Assembly (NCBI RefSeq): GCF_006345805.1
Contig: NC_043000.1
Location: 69,626,001 to 69,690,000, forward strand
Source of the DNA: Octopus sinensis
Taxonomy: Eukaryota
DNA length: 64,000 nt
Direction: 5' to 3'
Part shown: one piece after another, positions 40,493 through 55,418 of the stretch
Layout of the letters: each line of letters begins with the position of its first letter
Position numbering within the stretch: position 1 is the first letter of the stretch
Made by a program: the position numbers and the translations under genes
Notes under the pieces: model-generated
Seen by the model: only the letters and a program-made list of their open reading frames with translations
Told to the model about the DNA's origin: nothing
The model's database searches: none

Positions 40493-40910
40493 TATATATA
40501 TATCACATATAATATGTATGTATGTGTATTGCATATATAATATCTATAGTAGATATATATATAGAGAGAGACACTTTTTTTGCTGTATTTTCATCTCATA
40601 GCTGTGGCCATGCTGATGCACTGCCGTTTAAAAAGAGGTCAAGGGACCCTGCTAAGCAAAGATCATAGTAGCTAAAGCCCATGCAATAGAACAACGTCTT
40701 CAAGTAAGTCAGTATAAGAAATATACGTAAGCCTATGCTATCGTAATACAACAGTATTACAAAAGCCTTAGAGTGCCTTTAGTAAATTAGAAGAGGTATA
40801 CCAAGGGAAGATGATAGAGGCTAAATCGGCTTAGCAGGAACGGACTAATATATAAATAATACAAAATTATGTATTTATATATATATATATGATATGTACG
40901 TATATTTATG

Positions 40911-40975
<65 letters not shown>

Positions 40976-40976
40976 G

Positions 40977-41025
<49 letters not shown>

Positions 41026-41049
41026 ATTATATATATGTGTGTGATTTAT

Positions 41050-41080
<31 letters not shown>

Positions 41081-41832
41081 TATAATATATTATATATATA
41101 TATATTATATATATACACACATTTACATACATACATATATACACATACATTCACACACACACGTATACGTATATATGCACTCATAAAATCTCGCTGATGC
41201 GTACCCATGTTACACGTCAATGTATATTTATGTGTATGTGTTAAAAAATGAAGGAGATGAGAAGTCACTTCCGCAAATGATGGTAGAGTTTAGGTATTTT
41301 GCTTTAAAATTTAGGATGTAAATAGGAAGTTCAGGGAGGTGGATGTCACTATGTATTTAATCTAATTTTAATTGTATTGCACTGAAGCTGTCAATGTTCG
41401 TTGCTATTTCTAATAAAATCAATGACCTTCTATATAATTTTTGTCTTGTTTTCTCTCAGTTTCTATAGCTGTCACTGTTCTGTTTTTTTCTCTCATTGCT
41501 TGCGTCTTCTCCTTCCTGTTGTTGTTGTTGTTGTTGCTACTGCTGGTGTTGTCGTTGTGTATATTTATATTTATGTGTCTGCTTGTATGCGTGTGAGCAT
41601 CTGTGTATGTGTGATTGCATGTATATGTTTGTGTGCCTATTATATATATATATCGATGTGTGTCTGTGTATAGTATGTGTGTGTGTGCGTGTGTATGTAT
41701 GTATGTATAGTATGACAATATTTCACATGGTTTCCCAGACAATTCTCTGTTTCTGACATTCCTTCATTGGGTGCACTACAAAACGTTACACCCATCACAC
41801 TCAGTGGTCACTGACCATTCGGTATTTTTCTC

Positions 41833-41840
41833 TATATAAA
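41833..41840 (+). promoter_or_regulatory. Candidate TATA box of VWA gene B
   Basis: TATATAAA in non-microsatellite context, about 60 bp upstream of the ATG at 41898. Confidence 0.5.
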
Positions 41841-41897
41841 CTGGCTTGACTTTCCTAATCATGTAGTATACGTTTGCAGTACGAACCATTTCTTAAA

Positions 41898-41942
41898 ATG
41901 TCTCTTGCAATCTTCGTGTTTCTCTCATACCTACTTTTTGTG
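41898..41942 (+). CDS. VWA gene B exon 1 (signal peptide MSLAIFVFLSYLLFV). Gene B = join(41898-41942,47875-47899,50274-50837,56897-56932,57960-57998,62868-63406), 415 aa
   Basis: AAAATG start, 15 mostly hydrophobic codons and a GTG|GTAAGT donor (phase 0), mirroring gene A exon 1. The joined CDS is 1248 nt and open. Confidence 0.8.
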
Positions 41943-43853
41943 GTAAGTGGACAAATTTCGTTTCAACATTGCTTCAATCCCCCCAAATGCAGAATATATA
42001 ATTGTATGTATTTTTATACAGAGAGCACTTTTTCCTTTCAAACTTGTTACAAAGAAAACACTATTACGAGAACATAGTCATGTCTTCAACGTAACACATG
42101 AACGGGCGCACACACACACACACCACACCACATACACACACATATACACACACGCACACACACAAACACACACAGAATAATGCATAGTTGTTTAATGTGT
42201 AACATATATGGATGTATGTTAAAACATTATTTGAAATAATACCCAATAAGAAATATAAAATCATTTTTTTTTTCATAAATCTTAATAAATTTTGATAGTT
42301 ACGTATGAGTTTTGACTGTATACCCGGGTCAGTTTCCTCTCCCGAGTTAATTTAGTACTTGAATGTAACACAGTGAAACTTTGACCTTGGTCTAATTAAA
42401 GACTCTAAAGGTAATTGTCTATTCTACAGCATCGTTTTACCATTAAGTTTACAATTCCTGTTATAGTAGTATCAACATCTAAAATTCCTAAGAAACTTTT
42501 TTCTTACTTCCTTCCCCACTAACCTTTAGCAGTGACCATACCTTTAAAGGTTACTTTATCAATAATCACTTCTAAATTTTCATTTATTCCAACAAAATAC
42601 CAATCTTGTACGTACACATGTTAACTAAATGACTAATTACGTTCGTGAACTATTTCACTTCCCTTTACACTAAATACGAGTCATAATAAGAAACATCATA
42701 CTATATAATCCATATCTATTCTTTACCTCCTATAGAGACGCTTGAACTGGATATTGCTTTTGAAGCATATTGCTTTTGAAGATATCACTTACTTCCCAGG
42801 GAGATGTGAAATCTTTTAAAACCACAGTCACGCATATATAATTAATAAAACATTTACAAACACTAAAGAACAGGAAATCAATAAGGCACTCTTACACCAC
42901 ACTATTTCTTCCTCTTTGTCTCTCCCTCCTGCTTTACAACGCTATGCTTTAACCATCTAAATATCACTGCACATTTATTAGCCCATCTTTGGTTCGTTAG
43001 AAACATTAACCTGGGTGTTTTAATGTAGAACCACATGCATCTTCCTAATCTAACGAAATACCGATAATAAAAGTTGACACACCCATCTCCGTTATTAATT
43101 TACTACCAATTTCTTATCATTACATGAAACTTACTACTTCTCCAGTCATATCCTTTTATTACATATTTAAAAAAAAAAATGCTCTTCCTTCGAATAACAG
43201 ACTCAATTCCATATATATTTCATACAAATTCCAAACTCTTTGACTTTAGCTTACAGAGTTAGATATACGAAATGTTTCCTCCTTTTTATTTCTCTTTTTC
43301 ATATTTTGTTTTTTCATCTTTTCTCGCCTTAAAATTTTTAGGTTCACAAAGTAACACCACAAAATATAATGTAAGCTAATATCCTGCTAGATAAAGTATT
43401 TCTTTTTGTGAAAATCGTCTCTTCTTATGCCTCTATCTTTTGATCATCGACTCCCAAAATTCCAGAACAATCCTTCCTTCACGCACAAAGACGTTTAGAC
43501 TTATAAATATAATGATGCATTTTAACATCTTTCATCCTATTTTGATCGGCGCTCTTAACAAACTAAATATAATGCAATACCTTTCTCTCTACCATTTGGA
43601 TATACTTCTCTTTTCTATGAGTAGTTGTTTAACCCTATTCTCGCAAAAATTTTAAGCATACGCGTATGTTATGACGTAATAGTATTTCATGGCATATGTT
43701 ACATTGTAAATAGATATGTACTTTACACATGCTTTTAGAACTTTTAGAACGCGCTTAACTCTAAAATGAGATCTAATATAACTGAATATTTGTCAACGTT
43801 TTAAGGTACATACACATTTATATGCATAAACTACAGAATGATATACAGACATT

Positions 43854-44722
43854 CGAGGTGGTACCCAAAAGTAACCGGAAACGTTCTTTGTGAGACAAGC
43901 CTGTTGTAGTTCAGGTTTCCACCGCTAGAAGCCACTTGACACAACCCTCAGACATCTGTCTGGTGACCGGCGTCATCGCGTGAGATCATACAGCCACGTG
44001 GTGCGTCTTTGTTTTGCAGTGCTTCTCCTCCGTTCGTTGATTTTTGCGATGGTTGAAACAAAGGAACAGCGTTCTTCCGTAACATTCTGTTTTTTGTTTT
44101 TTTTTGCTGGGGGAAAAACGGCGGCTGAAACAGTTGTCATGTTTCAAATAGCTTACAAGTACGCTGCCATGAGCAAAACACAAGTTTACGAGTGGTTTCC
44201 ACGCTTTAGGAATGGTCACTTGTCGCTTGAAGACCAATCTTGTTCAGGACGATCGTCGAACGAATGAAAACATCATGAAAATTCATGAAGTGATCTTGGA
44301 GACCCGTCGCCGAACAATTGATGAACTTGTTGATATAACTGGTGTGTTCTGGAACTCCTGTCAACGAATTTTGAACGAGGAATTGCGAATGAAAAGAGTT
44401 GCAATAAAACTTGTGCCTCGCTTGAATGCATGTCGTGAACTGAAAGGACAGTTGGAAGTTGATCTGGACCATTTTTCGAAGGTCACCACTGGTTATGAAA
44501 GCAGATGTGGAAGAGATTAAGGAAAAAACGACGCAGGCATTAAAAGGCATCACTTCGCAAAAGTTCCAGCACTGCTTCGAATAATGGAAAACGTATCTGA
44601 ATCGATGCATTGCTTCAAATGCAGAATACTTTGAAAGCGATAAAAGTGTAAACATGTGAAACAAAGTGAATAAAATAATAATACTGGAAAATTCCGGTTT
44701 CTTTTGGGTACCCCCACCCTCG
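43854..44722 (+). mobile_element. Internally deleted mariner element
   Basis: TIRs CGAGGTGGTACCCAAAAGTAACCGGAA and TTCCGGTTTCTTTTGGGTACCCCCACCCTCG. Remnants GKTAAET..SKTQVYEWF, RRRTIDEL and KLVPRL; the catalytic core is missing. Confidence 0.85.
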
Positions 44723-45199
44723 CACACACGGAGACTTATATCATTTAGTGAACACAAGACCTATACTTGGGTTACCTTAAATTTTATGCTCAGATAATGC
44801 AGAAATAAGACAGGCTCAGATAATGCAGAAATCAGACTGTACACGAATCGACAATCTTTCAGGCTCAGATAAAATAGCTATTCGTGAGGATAAAAAAAAT
44901 TCAAGAAAAAGAGTCAAGATGTGTTCTAAGGGAAAGGAGATAATTCCATTATATAAACAAGGTTATCTTCCTTTAACTCGCACATTGAAGAATACTATTA
45001 ACACTGATGGTACGAAACTTGGAGTAGTTCACGTACAAGTTCTGTATTTCATGAAATGAAATTTATCACTCGCTGAATTGAATGCATTTTTGTGGGGGCG
45101 GGCTGAGTTAGTCAAGAAGCGCACAGTACACTATATAACCTTTGACGCGTGTATTTGCACAGCAAATTCATACGAATTCACAATACATGTGACAACCAA

Positions 45200-46980
45200 G
45201 ATAGTCACAAGTTAAGATGAGTCTTCTAAGGATTCAACCAGCACAGTACCACTTGGCTTGCTCTATCAGGAATATACTTACCCTACTAATAACCTATATA
45301 TTAAGATTCTCCTAGAGAAAGTGAAAAACTCAGTGAAATAGATGTGATGGAAGGCCCTATATTTTAATGTTGAGCTGACACTCGACACCACGAAATTCTA
45401 TGACTTAAACATACGAAAAGATCGCAATAGAGTAAAAAGTTTAATTCCATTTAAAGCCGATCTACTCAATATAGTAACCAACATTGAAGCCTGAAATACT
45501 CAAATACTTTCCATGTTAGACTTATAACTGATATTCGGAACTTTAAAACCCTAAAATATAAGTTCTTTATGTTTTTTTCTGATAAGTTTAATAACTTCAA
45601 TGAAATTAGCAATGATAAACATAAGTTGCTGCATGATAGTACTTCTAGTAAATATAAGAATGTTAGCAGAGATTGATATATTGTCATTAATGATGCGCAG
45701 TGCCATAGGCTGGTTTTACCACCTAAAGGATATGTCTGGTTAAGTTTAACAGTTTGGTAGCGTGGACTTGTTCTTCTATGTAAATAAAGTAATGGAGTTC
45801 GCCAGTAAATACGTCACTATCGACCAAACAGAAATTGAGTTAACCATTCATGCACGTAAAACCCTCATCTTTAGTAAGGGTTCGGCTTGGGTCAAGAAAC
45901 CGAAACTGGGCGAACTGTCTGATGTATCGATGGAGTCACATGAGAGTGATGACATATGTGATTTAGTAGAGCATTATATATTAGCTATCCTAAAAACCTG
46001 CTTTCCTACCATGGTATTGATTTGTTTTGAAATGATGGATTAGGCATATCTTATGGCTTTTAGGAAAATCTCGTATCCTATCAGTCTTTAGTACTATAGG
46101 TTTTAAAACATATTAGTAATAAACTTACTAAAGCTGACTCCTTAGCTGCTTCTCCGAACCTAGTTTTAAGCACCTAGAAGCCCTACCATACACCCAACTA
46201 TCGTCTTTAAAAACCAAATTGCTAACATTAGTAATATGATATCTAACATCTCCACCTCTAAATACATTTTTGATAAAATAGCACTACAGTGGCTTTAAAG
46301 AGAAGCTAACATAAACTCCGACACAAACAAGGACTAGGTAAAAAAGAGAAGTAGGAAAGTTATATAGGTCACTCCCTTTCTCCTTGAATGTTAGAAATAA
46401 TGTAGGTAAAAATTCTTAACCCCGACAGATAAACATTTCCGCGATAGCCATAGATGAAAGCCAAGAAAATCTTCTATAGAAGTTTGGTGAAAGTTTCCTA
46501 CAGCTGCGGTTTTGATTTGAAAAACATCTTTTCACATAACCCAGCAAAAACGTTCACTCCAACTTCAACTTCAGGAACCCACATACATACCTGCTAGACA
46601 TACATGGTTTGCTGAGTCGTCTAGGAAACTCCCGTTCCATCAAATGAAAGAACTGAAAGAAAGAAAAAACATATATGTGAAAGAGGTTTTGAAGGCATTT
46701 ACCAAGCAACGATGTTATTTCAAACATGTAGATAAGAAAAGAAAAACAAACAAGCCATATCAAGGATAGTAGTATTGCAGATATTATTGAGTGGACCATT
46801 GTAGAAGATCTACGCGATTATTAAAGAACACTCATTTTTATTAGATCGAAGACCTGCAGCCCTACTAAATTCGAAAGCTGAAATTTGATTGCTACGTAAA
46901 TGAAACGTTTTATATTTCAAACTATAATTGAATTTCTTCATTGTAATAAATCGAACGATACATTAAAGAAAAGTCTTTAA
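45200..46980 (+). mobile_element. Highly degenerate Penelope-like element
   Basis: Remnants WKALYF and HARKTLIFSKGSAWVKK..DVSMESHESDDICDLVEHYIL (PLE RT-like), plus a C-terminal LLNSKAEI. Boundaries are approximate. Confidence 0.65.
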
Positions 46981-47305
46981 TATAATCGCTCATTATTTTA
47001 TATTCGTCTTTGTCCTTGTCTTTGTGTGTGTGTGCGTGTGTGTACATGTGTGCTTTATGCAGATGCTGGCATGATTATATATTTCTCTAGTATATAGTAT
47101 TTCTGCAGTAACATTAGTTCTTCAAGCGTCAGCTAAAAGTGTGGATGTGTTATTAACTGGATATGAGTAATTATTGTGTGGAATTATTAATATGAAAGCA
47201 AATATCTAATGAAAACGAGAATTAATTATAAAATGATTTGAAGCTCTGAAAATCACTCCGCGCTACAGATGATTTCCATCACAGCTTATTACTTAGCATC
47301 AACCA

Positions 47306-47350
<45 letters not shown>

Positions 47351-47874
47351 AATGTGTGTGTGTGTGTGTGTATGTGTGTGTGTGTGACATTTTTATCTGA
47401 TAGCTTCTGTATTTTTCTCTTACTCGAACATCCTGTGGACGAAACTAATTGAATGCATTTTTAATTGTCACCATTTAGTTTCTTACGTATCTTAAAATGG
47501 TTCTTGTTGTTTAGCCTCTGGCTAACTATTATCAAACGCATACCAAATATGAGCATCCGGTTTTTTGTATATGAGTGAAGATATTTTCCAGGAGTTTCAT
47601 ATTTAGCTTAAGAGGGTAAGGTATGGTTAGAAAGAAACTGTTTTCTACTTATAATAACAGTTATGCAAAATCATTGCATGTTAGCCCCTCAGTACCTCAA
47701 CACCACTTTAATACTAAACAGAATACTTTCATTTAGACATACTTTCAATATCAACTGGAAATAATAAAAGAGCGAAAGTGTATGATTGTATCGTTACTTA
47801 ATATATACAATAAATAGAATAACATAACTCATATAATTCTATTATTTTTATTTTATTTTTCATCTCTTTGCCAG

Positions 47875-47899
47875 GTTGACGCGAGCCAGACAGTTAAAA
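47875..47899 (+). CDS. VWA gene B exon 2 (25-nt micro-exon, VDASQTVK-)
   Basis: Long polypyrimidine tract with CCAG| acceptor and AAA|GTAATT donor, phase 0 to 1. It gives a plausible signal cleavage site, VDA|SQ, and is equivalent to gene A exon 2. Confidence 0.7.
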
Positions 47900-48555
47900 G
47901 TAATTATATTTTATATTATATATGTAACTAAAAGACCAATCTACTAATGAACATAATCAGAAAAACAACGCAACAAATCCATTAGACAGTAACTTGCCCA
48001 AAATCATGCATATTACACGCAAAGTTAACCATATGAATCAAATGCATGCCAAGTATACAAAACAATGGACCCATGAAAAACAAAAATCTAATAAAACGAA
48101 GAGCAAAAAACGTGACAGAAAACCATAAACTAACATGTGATTACAAAAACAAGATCGCAAACCTCCTTATTAACAACACACTACAAGCATTTAAGCCGGA
48201 GAGCAAACCCAAAATGAACAGCATAACTTATAAATTTGATTGAAAAGTGAAAGTTGCTAACTTCACTATTCTATTGCGTGTAAATCTAACCGCTTCAACG
48301 GTCATACTCTGGCTGTAAAGTTTACAACCACTCACAATAAAAGGGGTTGAAGAGAAGACAACACCACTTTTAACCCTGAAGATGAGGTTATGGAAACTTG
48401 GATAAATAGCAATTTCGGAACATTATTGTTCCAAATGATATATAAGGGTCTCGTAATGTAGACACAAAAAGCCCTAACGAAAAGAAAAATTAAACTATAT
48501 TCGTAACGTCTTTTTAGTATGTATTGTTTAAAGGAAAAGCTATTGCCCATATGTA

Positions 48556-49846
48556 TTGCGTTGGCAACTGAAGTTCCTGCCATTTTTTAAATTTAGAATT
48601 TTTAAAAAGGTTTAATAGAAAATAACATTATTCAATAATGTATTCACCCTTGTTGCTTACATGTTCTTCCCAACGTTCAACAAGATTTTCAATACCTCGT
48701 TGGTAGAAATCATCCGATTTTGACTCGAAAATTCGATCCAATCAAGCTCTCAATTCTGCATCAGTATTGAACGAGACTCCGCGCATAGCATTTGAAAGAG
48801 ATCGAAAAAGGTGGAAATCCGTTGGTGCCAAATCAGGAGAGCACGGCGGATGTGGTAGCACTTCCCAGCAATGTGTTTGAATGGCTTCCTTGGTCATATT
48901 GGCAATATGAGAGCGGACGTTGTCATACAGCAGAACTCCATGCTGCCGATTAGGTGTTTTCTCTTGAATAGCCGTGTTGAGTCGTTCCATCTGTTGAACA
49001 TAGAGTTCCGCGTTGACCGTTTAGTTCCGTTCAAGCAATTCGTAATGGATAATCCCTTCCAAGTCCCACAATACGCAGAACATCGTTTTATGCGGATGAA
49101 GATCTTCTTTCATGCGCGGTGTCGCTTGTTTACAGGAGCTAAGCCATTCCTTACGCTGCTTCATATTGATGTACAGGCATCATTTTTTGTCGCCAGTAAC
49201 GATTCAGTAAAGAAATCGTTGCTTGTGTCCATGAGTTGAGCGGTGACGAGCAAGCAAGCCAGCGGAGATTGTGGCTCGTTGATTTTTGTTGTTGTCACTT
49301 AAAGCATGCGGAACCCATGCTCCATACTTCTGAAACTTTCCCATCGAGTGAAGATGCTTCTCTATAGCAGTGTGGGAGCATTCCATTTTCTCTGGCAGTT
49401 CCCTTGTCGTTTGACGAGAATGTTCGTGCAAAAGTTGGTTTAATCGCTCTTCATCGAAGTCAACTGCATGGTCAGAATGAGGTGCGTCTTTGAGGTCAAA
49501 ATTTCCATTTTTGAACTTGGCATACCAATCATGAGCGGTTCTTTCAGCTATAGCACCCTCTCCATATACAACACAAACGTCGAGAGCAGCTTTTGCGGCA
49601 TTGAACCTTGATTAAAAGCGAAAAGAAGGAGGTGTCGAAAATGCTCATTTTTCTTAACTTGACATTCCATTTTAATGATCTGAAAATAAACAAAAATTAA
49701 CTAAAATTAACTAGAAAAAAACAAAAACAAAATAGATTCCAAAATGATTCAAAAATAGAATTCTCGAAAAAAATAGATTTCAAGATTTAAAAGCGCAATA
49801 AATTCCAAAATTTAAAACAACGGCAGGATCTTGGTGGCCAACCCAA
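48556..49846 (-). mobile_element. Full-length but decayed mariner element (about 1.29 kb) in intron 2 of gene B
   Basis: TIRs TTGCGTTGGCAACTGAAGTTCCTGCC and GGCAGGATCTTGGTGGCCAACCCAA with TA flanks. Motifs WVPHAL, LYDNVRSH and PCSPDLAPTDFHLF. Confidence 0.92.
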
Positions 49847-50273
49847 TACATAGACATGGGATGAAGCGTGGCTCTCTTAGGAAGCTTATTTCCTAGACAT
49901 AGGGTCTTGAAATCAATGCCATAGCGCGACACTTAGGCAAAGTCTTGTGAGTTGATTTGGTAGACGAAAACTGATAGAAGCCCATTTTATAGATGTACAT
50001 ACATACATACATACATGAAACAAGTAAAAGATAAAAGATAATTACCCTGGGAAATTGTTTAAATTCAAATATATGAGGCATTATATAATGAAACTAATGT
50101 ATTGTAAAATAATTATATTGTGTATATCTGCACACAATAAGAAAATAAATTCTTTTGTATGCAAAAATACAAATATGTGTGGGTTTGTGTGTTTGTATGA
50201 ATATGCGTTATATATAGATATTTTCTCCGTTACTATGTGCATATATTTATATTAATATCATTATATATTGTAG

Positions 50274-50837
50274 GGTGTTCTGGAAAATCAGCTAGTATCA
50301 TATTTGTCTTGGACTCTTCAAGTAGTGTTTGGGTAGAAGACTATCGGAGACAATTAAAGTTTGTCACCAAACTAGTAGACAGCTTTGATATTAAACCAGA
50401 TGGAAACAGCGTTCAAGTTGGCGTGATAACTTTCAGCAGCAGAGCGAATTTAGATATTTCCTTGAACAAGTTCACTACAAAAGAGTATCTCAAAACTGCT
50501 ATTCTGGCCGTTCCTTATCGAGGCGGAACGACCAACACTGCAAAAGCGCTTATTTTATTGAGAAAGGAAATGCAAAGTGTCCTTGAAAGACGTTCAGGTC
50601 CTTTTATTGCAATAATTGTAACAGATGGTCATTCACGACAACCCAATAAAACAGCAAAGGAAGCCAAAACTCTTCATCAGCTTGGGATCAATGTTTATGC
50701 AATAGGTGTTGGCAAAGAGTACAGTGTTGAAGAATTAAAAGCTCTTGCCAGTGATCCTGACGAAAATGTCTACCAAGTAACTGACTATTACGCGCTGGAA
50801 AAGCTTTCCCAGAGACTTGATATAAAGACGTGCAACG
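50274..50837 (+). CDS. VWA gene B exon 3: VWA domain with intact MIDAS
   Basis: TGTAG| acceptor and ACG|GTAAAG donor; 564 nt, exactly as gene A exon 3. Translation CSGKSASIIFVLDSSSS..GTTNT..IIVTDG..NVYAIGVG..KTC. Aligns gap-free to gene A (hand count about 100/187 identical). Confidence 0.95.
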
Positions 50838-51102
50838 GTAAAGTTAATGATATTACTGTATTACATTTATTTCATAAAATGTTTCCACGACGCTTGCAAT
50901 CCCATTTGCCGTAGATTTGTAATCATTACTCAATACTTCAAACCAGTCGATTAGCCAATATTATAAACGTTTTGCCAATAAAACCTACACTGAGAGGGAA
51001 ATGGTGGTGATTGCTTTGTCAAAATTTGAACTCTAGCATTAACAACGGTAGAATCTACTTTTTATGAAGTTCGCTATACATATATATATATATATATATA
51101 TA

Positions 51103-54100
51103 TCCCACCCCCAGGAACCCCACCCTTCTCCGCCTGGCTGAGCTCGTCCTCACCCTCAACTGTTTCACGTTCGCCGGGAAAAAGTACCAACAAGTGTCCG
51201 GGGTCGCGATGGGAACGAAAATGGGCCCTAATTTCGCCAATCTCTTTCTTGGCTATATTGAGGCCCAAGTATTCTCCCAAATTCTCCGGACCAACCCCTG
51301 AACTATACGGTCGCTATATAGACGACTGCATAGGCGCCACCTCCCTTTCCCGCGAACTTCTCAGCCAATTCATCTCTTTCCTCTCCAACTTCCACCCCCT
51401 CTACAATTCACTTCTACCATCTCCAACACCTCTGTCAACTTTCTTGATATCTCTCTCTGCATCGACCACCCCTCCCACTCTCTCACCACCTCCGCCTTCT
51501 TTAAACCCACGGATTCCCACCTCTATCTCAACTTCTCCTCCTCCCACCCCTTCCACCACAACGGGCCATCCATACTCCCAGTTCCTCCGCCTCCGACGTT
51601 TGTGCAGCCGCGACCAGGATTTCGAGACCCAATCTCAATACCTGGCCGCCTGTTCAGGCACCGAGGATACCCACCTACACTAATCTCAATTGCCCTCGCC
51701 CGCGCCCGCCGCATCGACCGCACCACCGCCCTTTCTCCTTCCTCTCACCCCCCCCCCCCAACCGCACCCCCTTTCCCCTCCTTTTCCACCCCTCTACTCT
51801 ACCTCTTCGTCGGAAGATACTACGTGCCTTCCGTCGCCTCCAGCTCGATCCCACGACCCACCCCATTTTCCCCAACCCACCTCTGTCCTCCTTCAAACGA
51901 GCTCGGTATCTACGCGACCTCCTGGTCCATAGCACCCTCCCTTCTTCCCCCTCAGCCCCACACGGATCTTTCCCGTGCTCTAGATCCCGCTGCAATACCT
52001 GCCCCTTCATCACCAACACCACTGCTGTCACCAGCTCCAACCAGCGAACTGTACGTATCAGACATTCTTTTACGTGCACTTCGTCTGGCCTCATATACTG
52101 TATTAAATGCAACCTTTGCGGAATGATGTATATAGGACTGACGGGACGCCGTTTGTCTGACCGATTCGCCGAACATCTGAGGGATGTTCGCCTACGGTCC
52201 CTTTCTCCCGTCGCACGTCACTTCTGCTCGGCCAACCATTCCCACGATGACATCTCAGTGTTTGGTCTCGCCCCACACAACGGTCTTCCGCATTCCAGGC
52301 TCCACTTGGAGCAACGCTTCATCTTCACTTTACAAACCATTACCCCACACGGACTCAACACAGCCCCCTCCTCTTAGTCTGCGCTCTACCTCTCTTCCCA
52401 CCCACCTTTTTTCTCAACACCCCCACATACCGACTTCCAACACACCTACATACATACATACATACGTATACACACAAACAAACACATACCTACTTCCAAC
52501 ACACCTACATACACACATACATACACACATATATACACACAAACAAACAAACATACACATACACACACACATACATACATACACACATACGTACACACAT
52601 ACCTACATACACACACGCATACACACACAAATACATTCGCACACACACATACATACACACACATGCATACACACACACATACGCCCATACGCATATACAT
52701 GTGCACGCATACGCGGCACATACACATATACATGTGCACGCATACGCGCACGCACACATACGTACATACATACTTACCTACATACGTACGCACACACGCG
52801 CATGCACACGTGCGCGCGTTTACGCGCAACACCTGCATATGTTTGTACCTACTTCTGTTTTTGGTTGAGGGATTGATGGAGTTCGGTTTTTTTGGTCTGG
52901 CTGTGCGTGGGTCCGCGGGCGCGCATCGCGCGCGTTCGAGCGCTCCTGGGGTGCGGCCGGCCCCATATGCGTGCGTTGTGTGTGTGTGTGTTGTTGTGTG
53001 TGTGTGCGTGTGTGTGTGTGGCGTGTGTATACATACATACACACATACATGCTTGCATGCACGCGCGCACACATACTTACCTACATACATACACGCACAC
53101 ACATTTACACACATACACACATACACACACACATACACACATACACACACATACATACATACATACATACATACACAAGACATACATACGTACAGACATA
53201 CACCCATACACTCATACGTACAGACATACATCCATACACTCACATATACATACATTCACACGTACATACATACACACCCACATACACACGCACACATACA
53301 CACATACACACTTGCATACATACATACATACACACCCACATACACACGCACACGCATACATACACACACACACGCATACATACATACATACATACATACA
53401 TTACGCCCATACCTGCACACATACACACATACACACACACATACATACACAAGACATACATACATACAGACATACACCCATACACTCACACATACATACA
53501 CACATACACACACATACACACATACACACCCACATACATACGCACACGCATACATACACACACGCACACGGACGCATACATACATACATTACGCTCACAC
53601 AGCTCCAGAGGACACCCCCACGCACACACGCATACATTCACACACATACACACATACGTACACACACATACATACATACATTCATACTTTCATTCGTACA
53701 TACCACATACATACACACACACAAAAACATACACACACGCATACATACATACACACATACATATATACACACACGCACACACACATACATACACACATAC
53801 ATACACACACATATACGCACATACACATATACATACACACATGCATACACACACATGCATACACACACACATACGCACATGCATGCATACATACATACAC
53901 ACACACACACATACACGCTTGCACACATACATACATACACACACATACACGCATGCACACATACTTACACAAACACACACATACATACATACATACACAC
54001 ATGCATACATACACACATACACACATACTTACATACACTCATACGGACACACATACACACAGACATACACACCAACACACTCACACATACACACATACAT

Positions 54101-55330
54101 ACACACACACATACCTACATACACACTCGCATGCACACGTACACACATGCATGCGCGCGCACGCACACATACACACATGCATGCACGCACGTTTTTGGTG
54201 GCTGGCGTTATTTCGGGATCGCGCCTGCGCTTGTGCGGGTGGGCCTGCGGTTTCGCATGCGTCCGCACCACTGGTAGTCTTTTCCATCTTTCCTTCAGTT
54301 GCGAAGTGTGTCCTTGCGTGCATATATATGTACGTGTGCGGGCATATGTGTGTGAGTGTGTGAGTGTGCTTGTGTGTGCGTATGTTTGCAAACATATAAA
54401 CACACATTTGTACGCACGCGCACATACATACATTCACTCCCGCATGCATGTGTGTACGTGTGCATGCGAGTGTGTATGTAGGTATGTGTGTGTATGTATG
54501 TGTGTATGTGTGTCCGTATGAGTGTATGTAAGTATGTGTGTGTGTATGTATGCATGTGTGTGTGTATGTATGTATGTGTGTAAGTGTGTGTGTGTGTATG
54601 TATGCACGTACGCGCACAAATTCACATATAATTACAATACACGCACACACACATACAGACGTACAAAACCCCACTAATTCACATACACACCGACACATAT
54701 ACATACACACAACATATAACCTCCACGCGCAGCACACATACACATACGTACACACATATAAGCACAGACACCCAGACATTCGCACACTCGCACACAATCA
54801 TACATACGTATATATACACACACACGCACGTACAAGCACACACGCACAGCACACACGCACACATACACTAAGTCTAAGCACAGTTACTCGCCATCCTCTA
54901 ACTTGCTAGCGTACCCCCACCCACTCCTTAATTCCCTACTGCTTGCTACCAGCCATCATCCAACATTCCGCCACTGCTGCTAGTAGCCTCGTCCACCATA
55001 CACACACATACACACACACGCGCATACCCCCACACACACCCTTGTCATCTCGCACACCTCTTTTACCATTCAGTCTCTGACCCGCTCTTTTGTTATTAAA
55101 AAACACTCTTCCTTCCTTTTGACCACTTCCGTCCTTTTAGTATGTGACCTCGTGTAGACTACCTGCAATTTTTTTTCCTCGGTCCTTCCCATCTTGGGAT
55201 GTTTCTTTCTCCTGTTTCCGACGAAGAGCTCCGCTGGAAACGTCAAACCCTCCTTCTTCCCTTCTTTCCTGAGCGTCCAATAATACTTTATTTGTTCCAC
55301 ATCCTTGCGTTGTTGTTTTTTGTTTTCTTG
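51103..55330 (+). mobile_element. 5'-truncated, C-rich Penelope-like element (RT + GIY-YIG, 51103-52377) with a long CA-rich 3' region and a terminal hammerhead-like motif
   Basis: GVAMGTKMGPNFANLF, YGRYIDDCIG, PYSQFLRLRRLCS and IYCIKCNLCGMMYIGLTGRRLSDRFAEH. CCGACGAAGAGC-tcc-GCTGGAAACGTC at about 55218-55244. Inclusion of the CA-rich tract in the element is inferred. Confidence 0.85.
52430..55040. repeat. Compound (CA)n/(CATA)n low-complexity tract of about 2.6 kb with an internal inverted duplication
   Basis: Source of all the HT/CV-repeat ORFs. About 53985-54155 recurs inverted at about 54440-54600. Confidence 0.9.
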
Positions 55331-55367
55331 TTTGGATTAACTTTATATATATATATATATATGTATG

Positions 55368-55418
<51 letters not shown>

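Noticed and set aside
43342-43370. Candidate micro-exon in gene B intron 1 (TAG|GTTCAC..AAT|GTAAGC)
   Set aside because: At 29 nt it ends in phase 2 and breaks the frame with the downstream exons; 47875-47899 fits instead.
52184-54909. Long ORFs (566, 516 and 461 aa) rich in His-Thr or Cys-Val
   Set aside because: They are translations of CA/TG microsatellite that is open in several frames on both strands, with no splice or domain evidence. The same applies to the YI-, IIII- and LSIY-repeat ORFs elsewhere.
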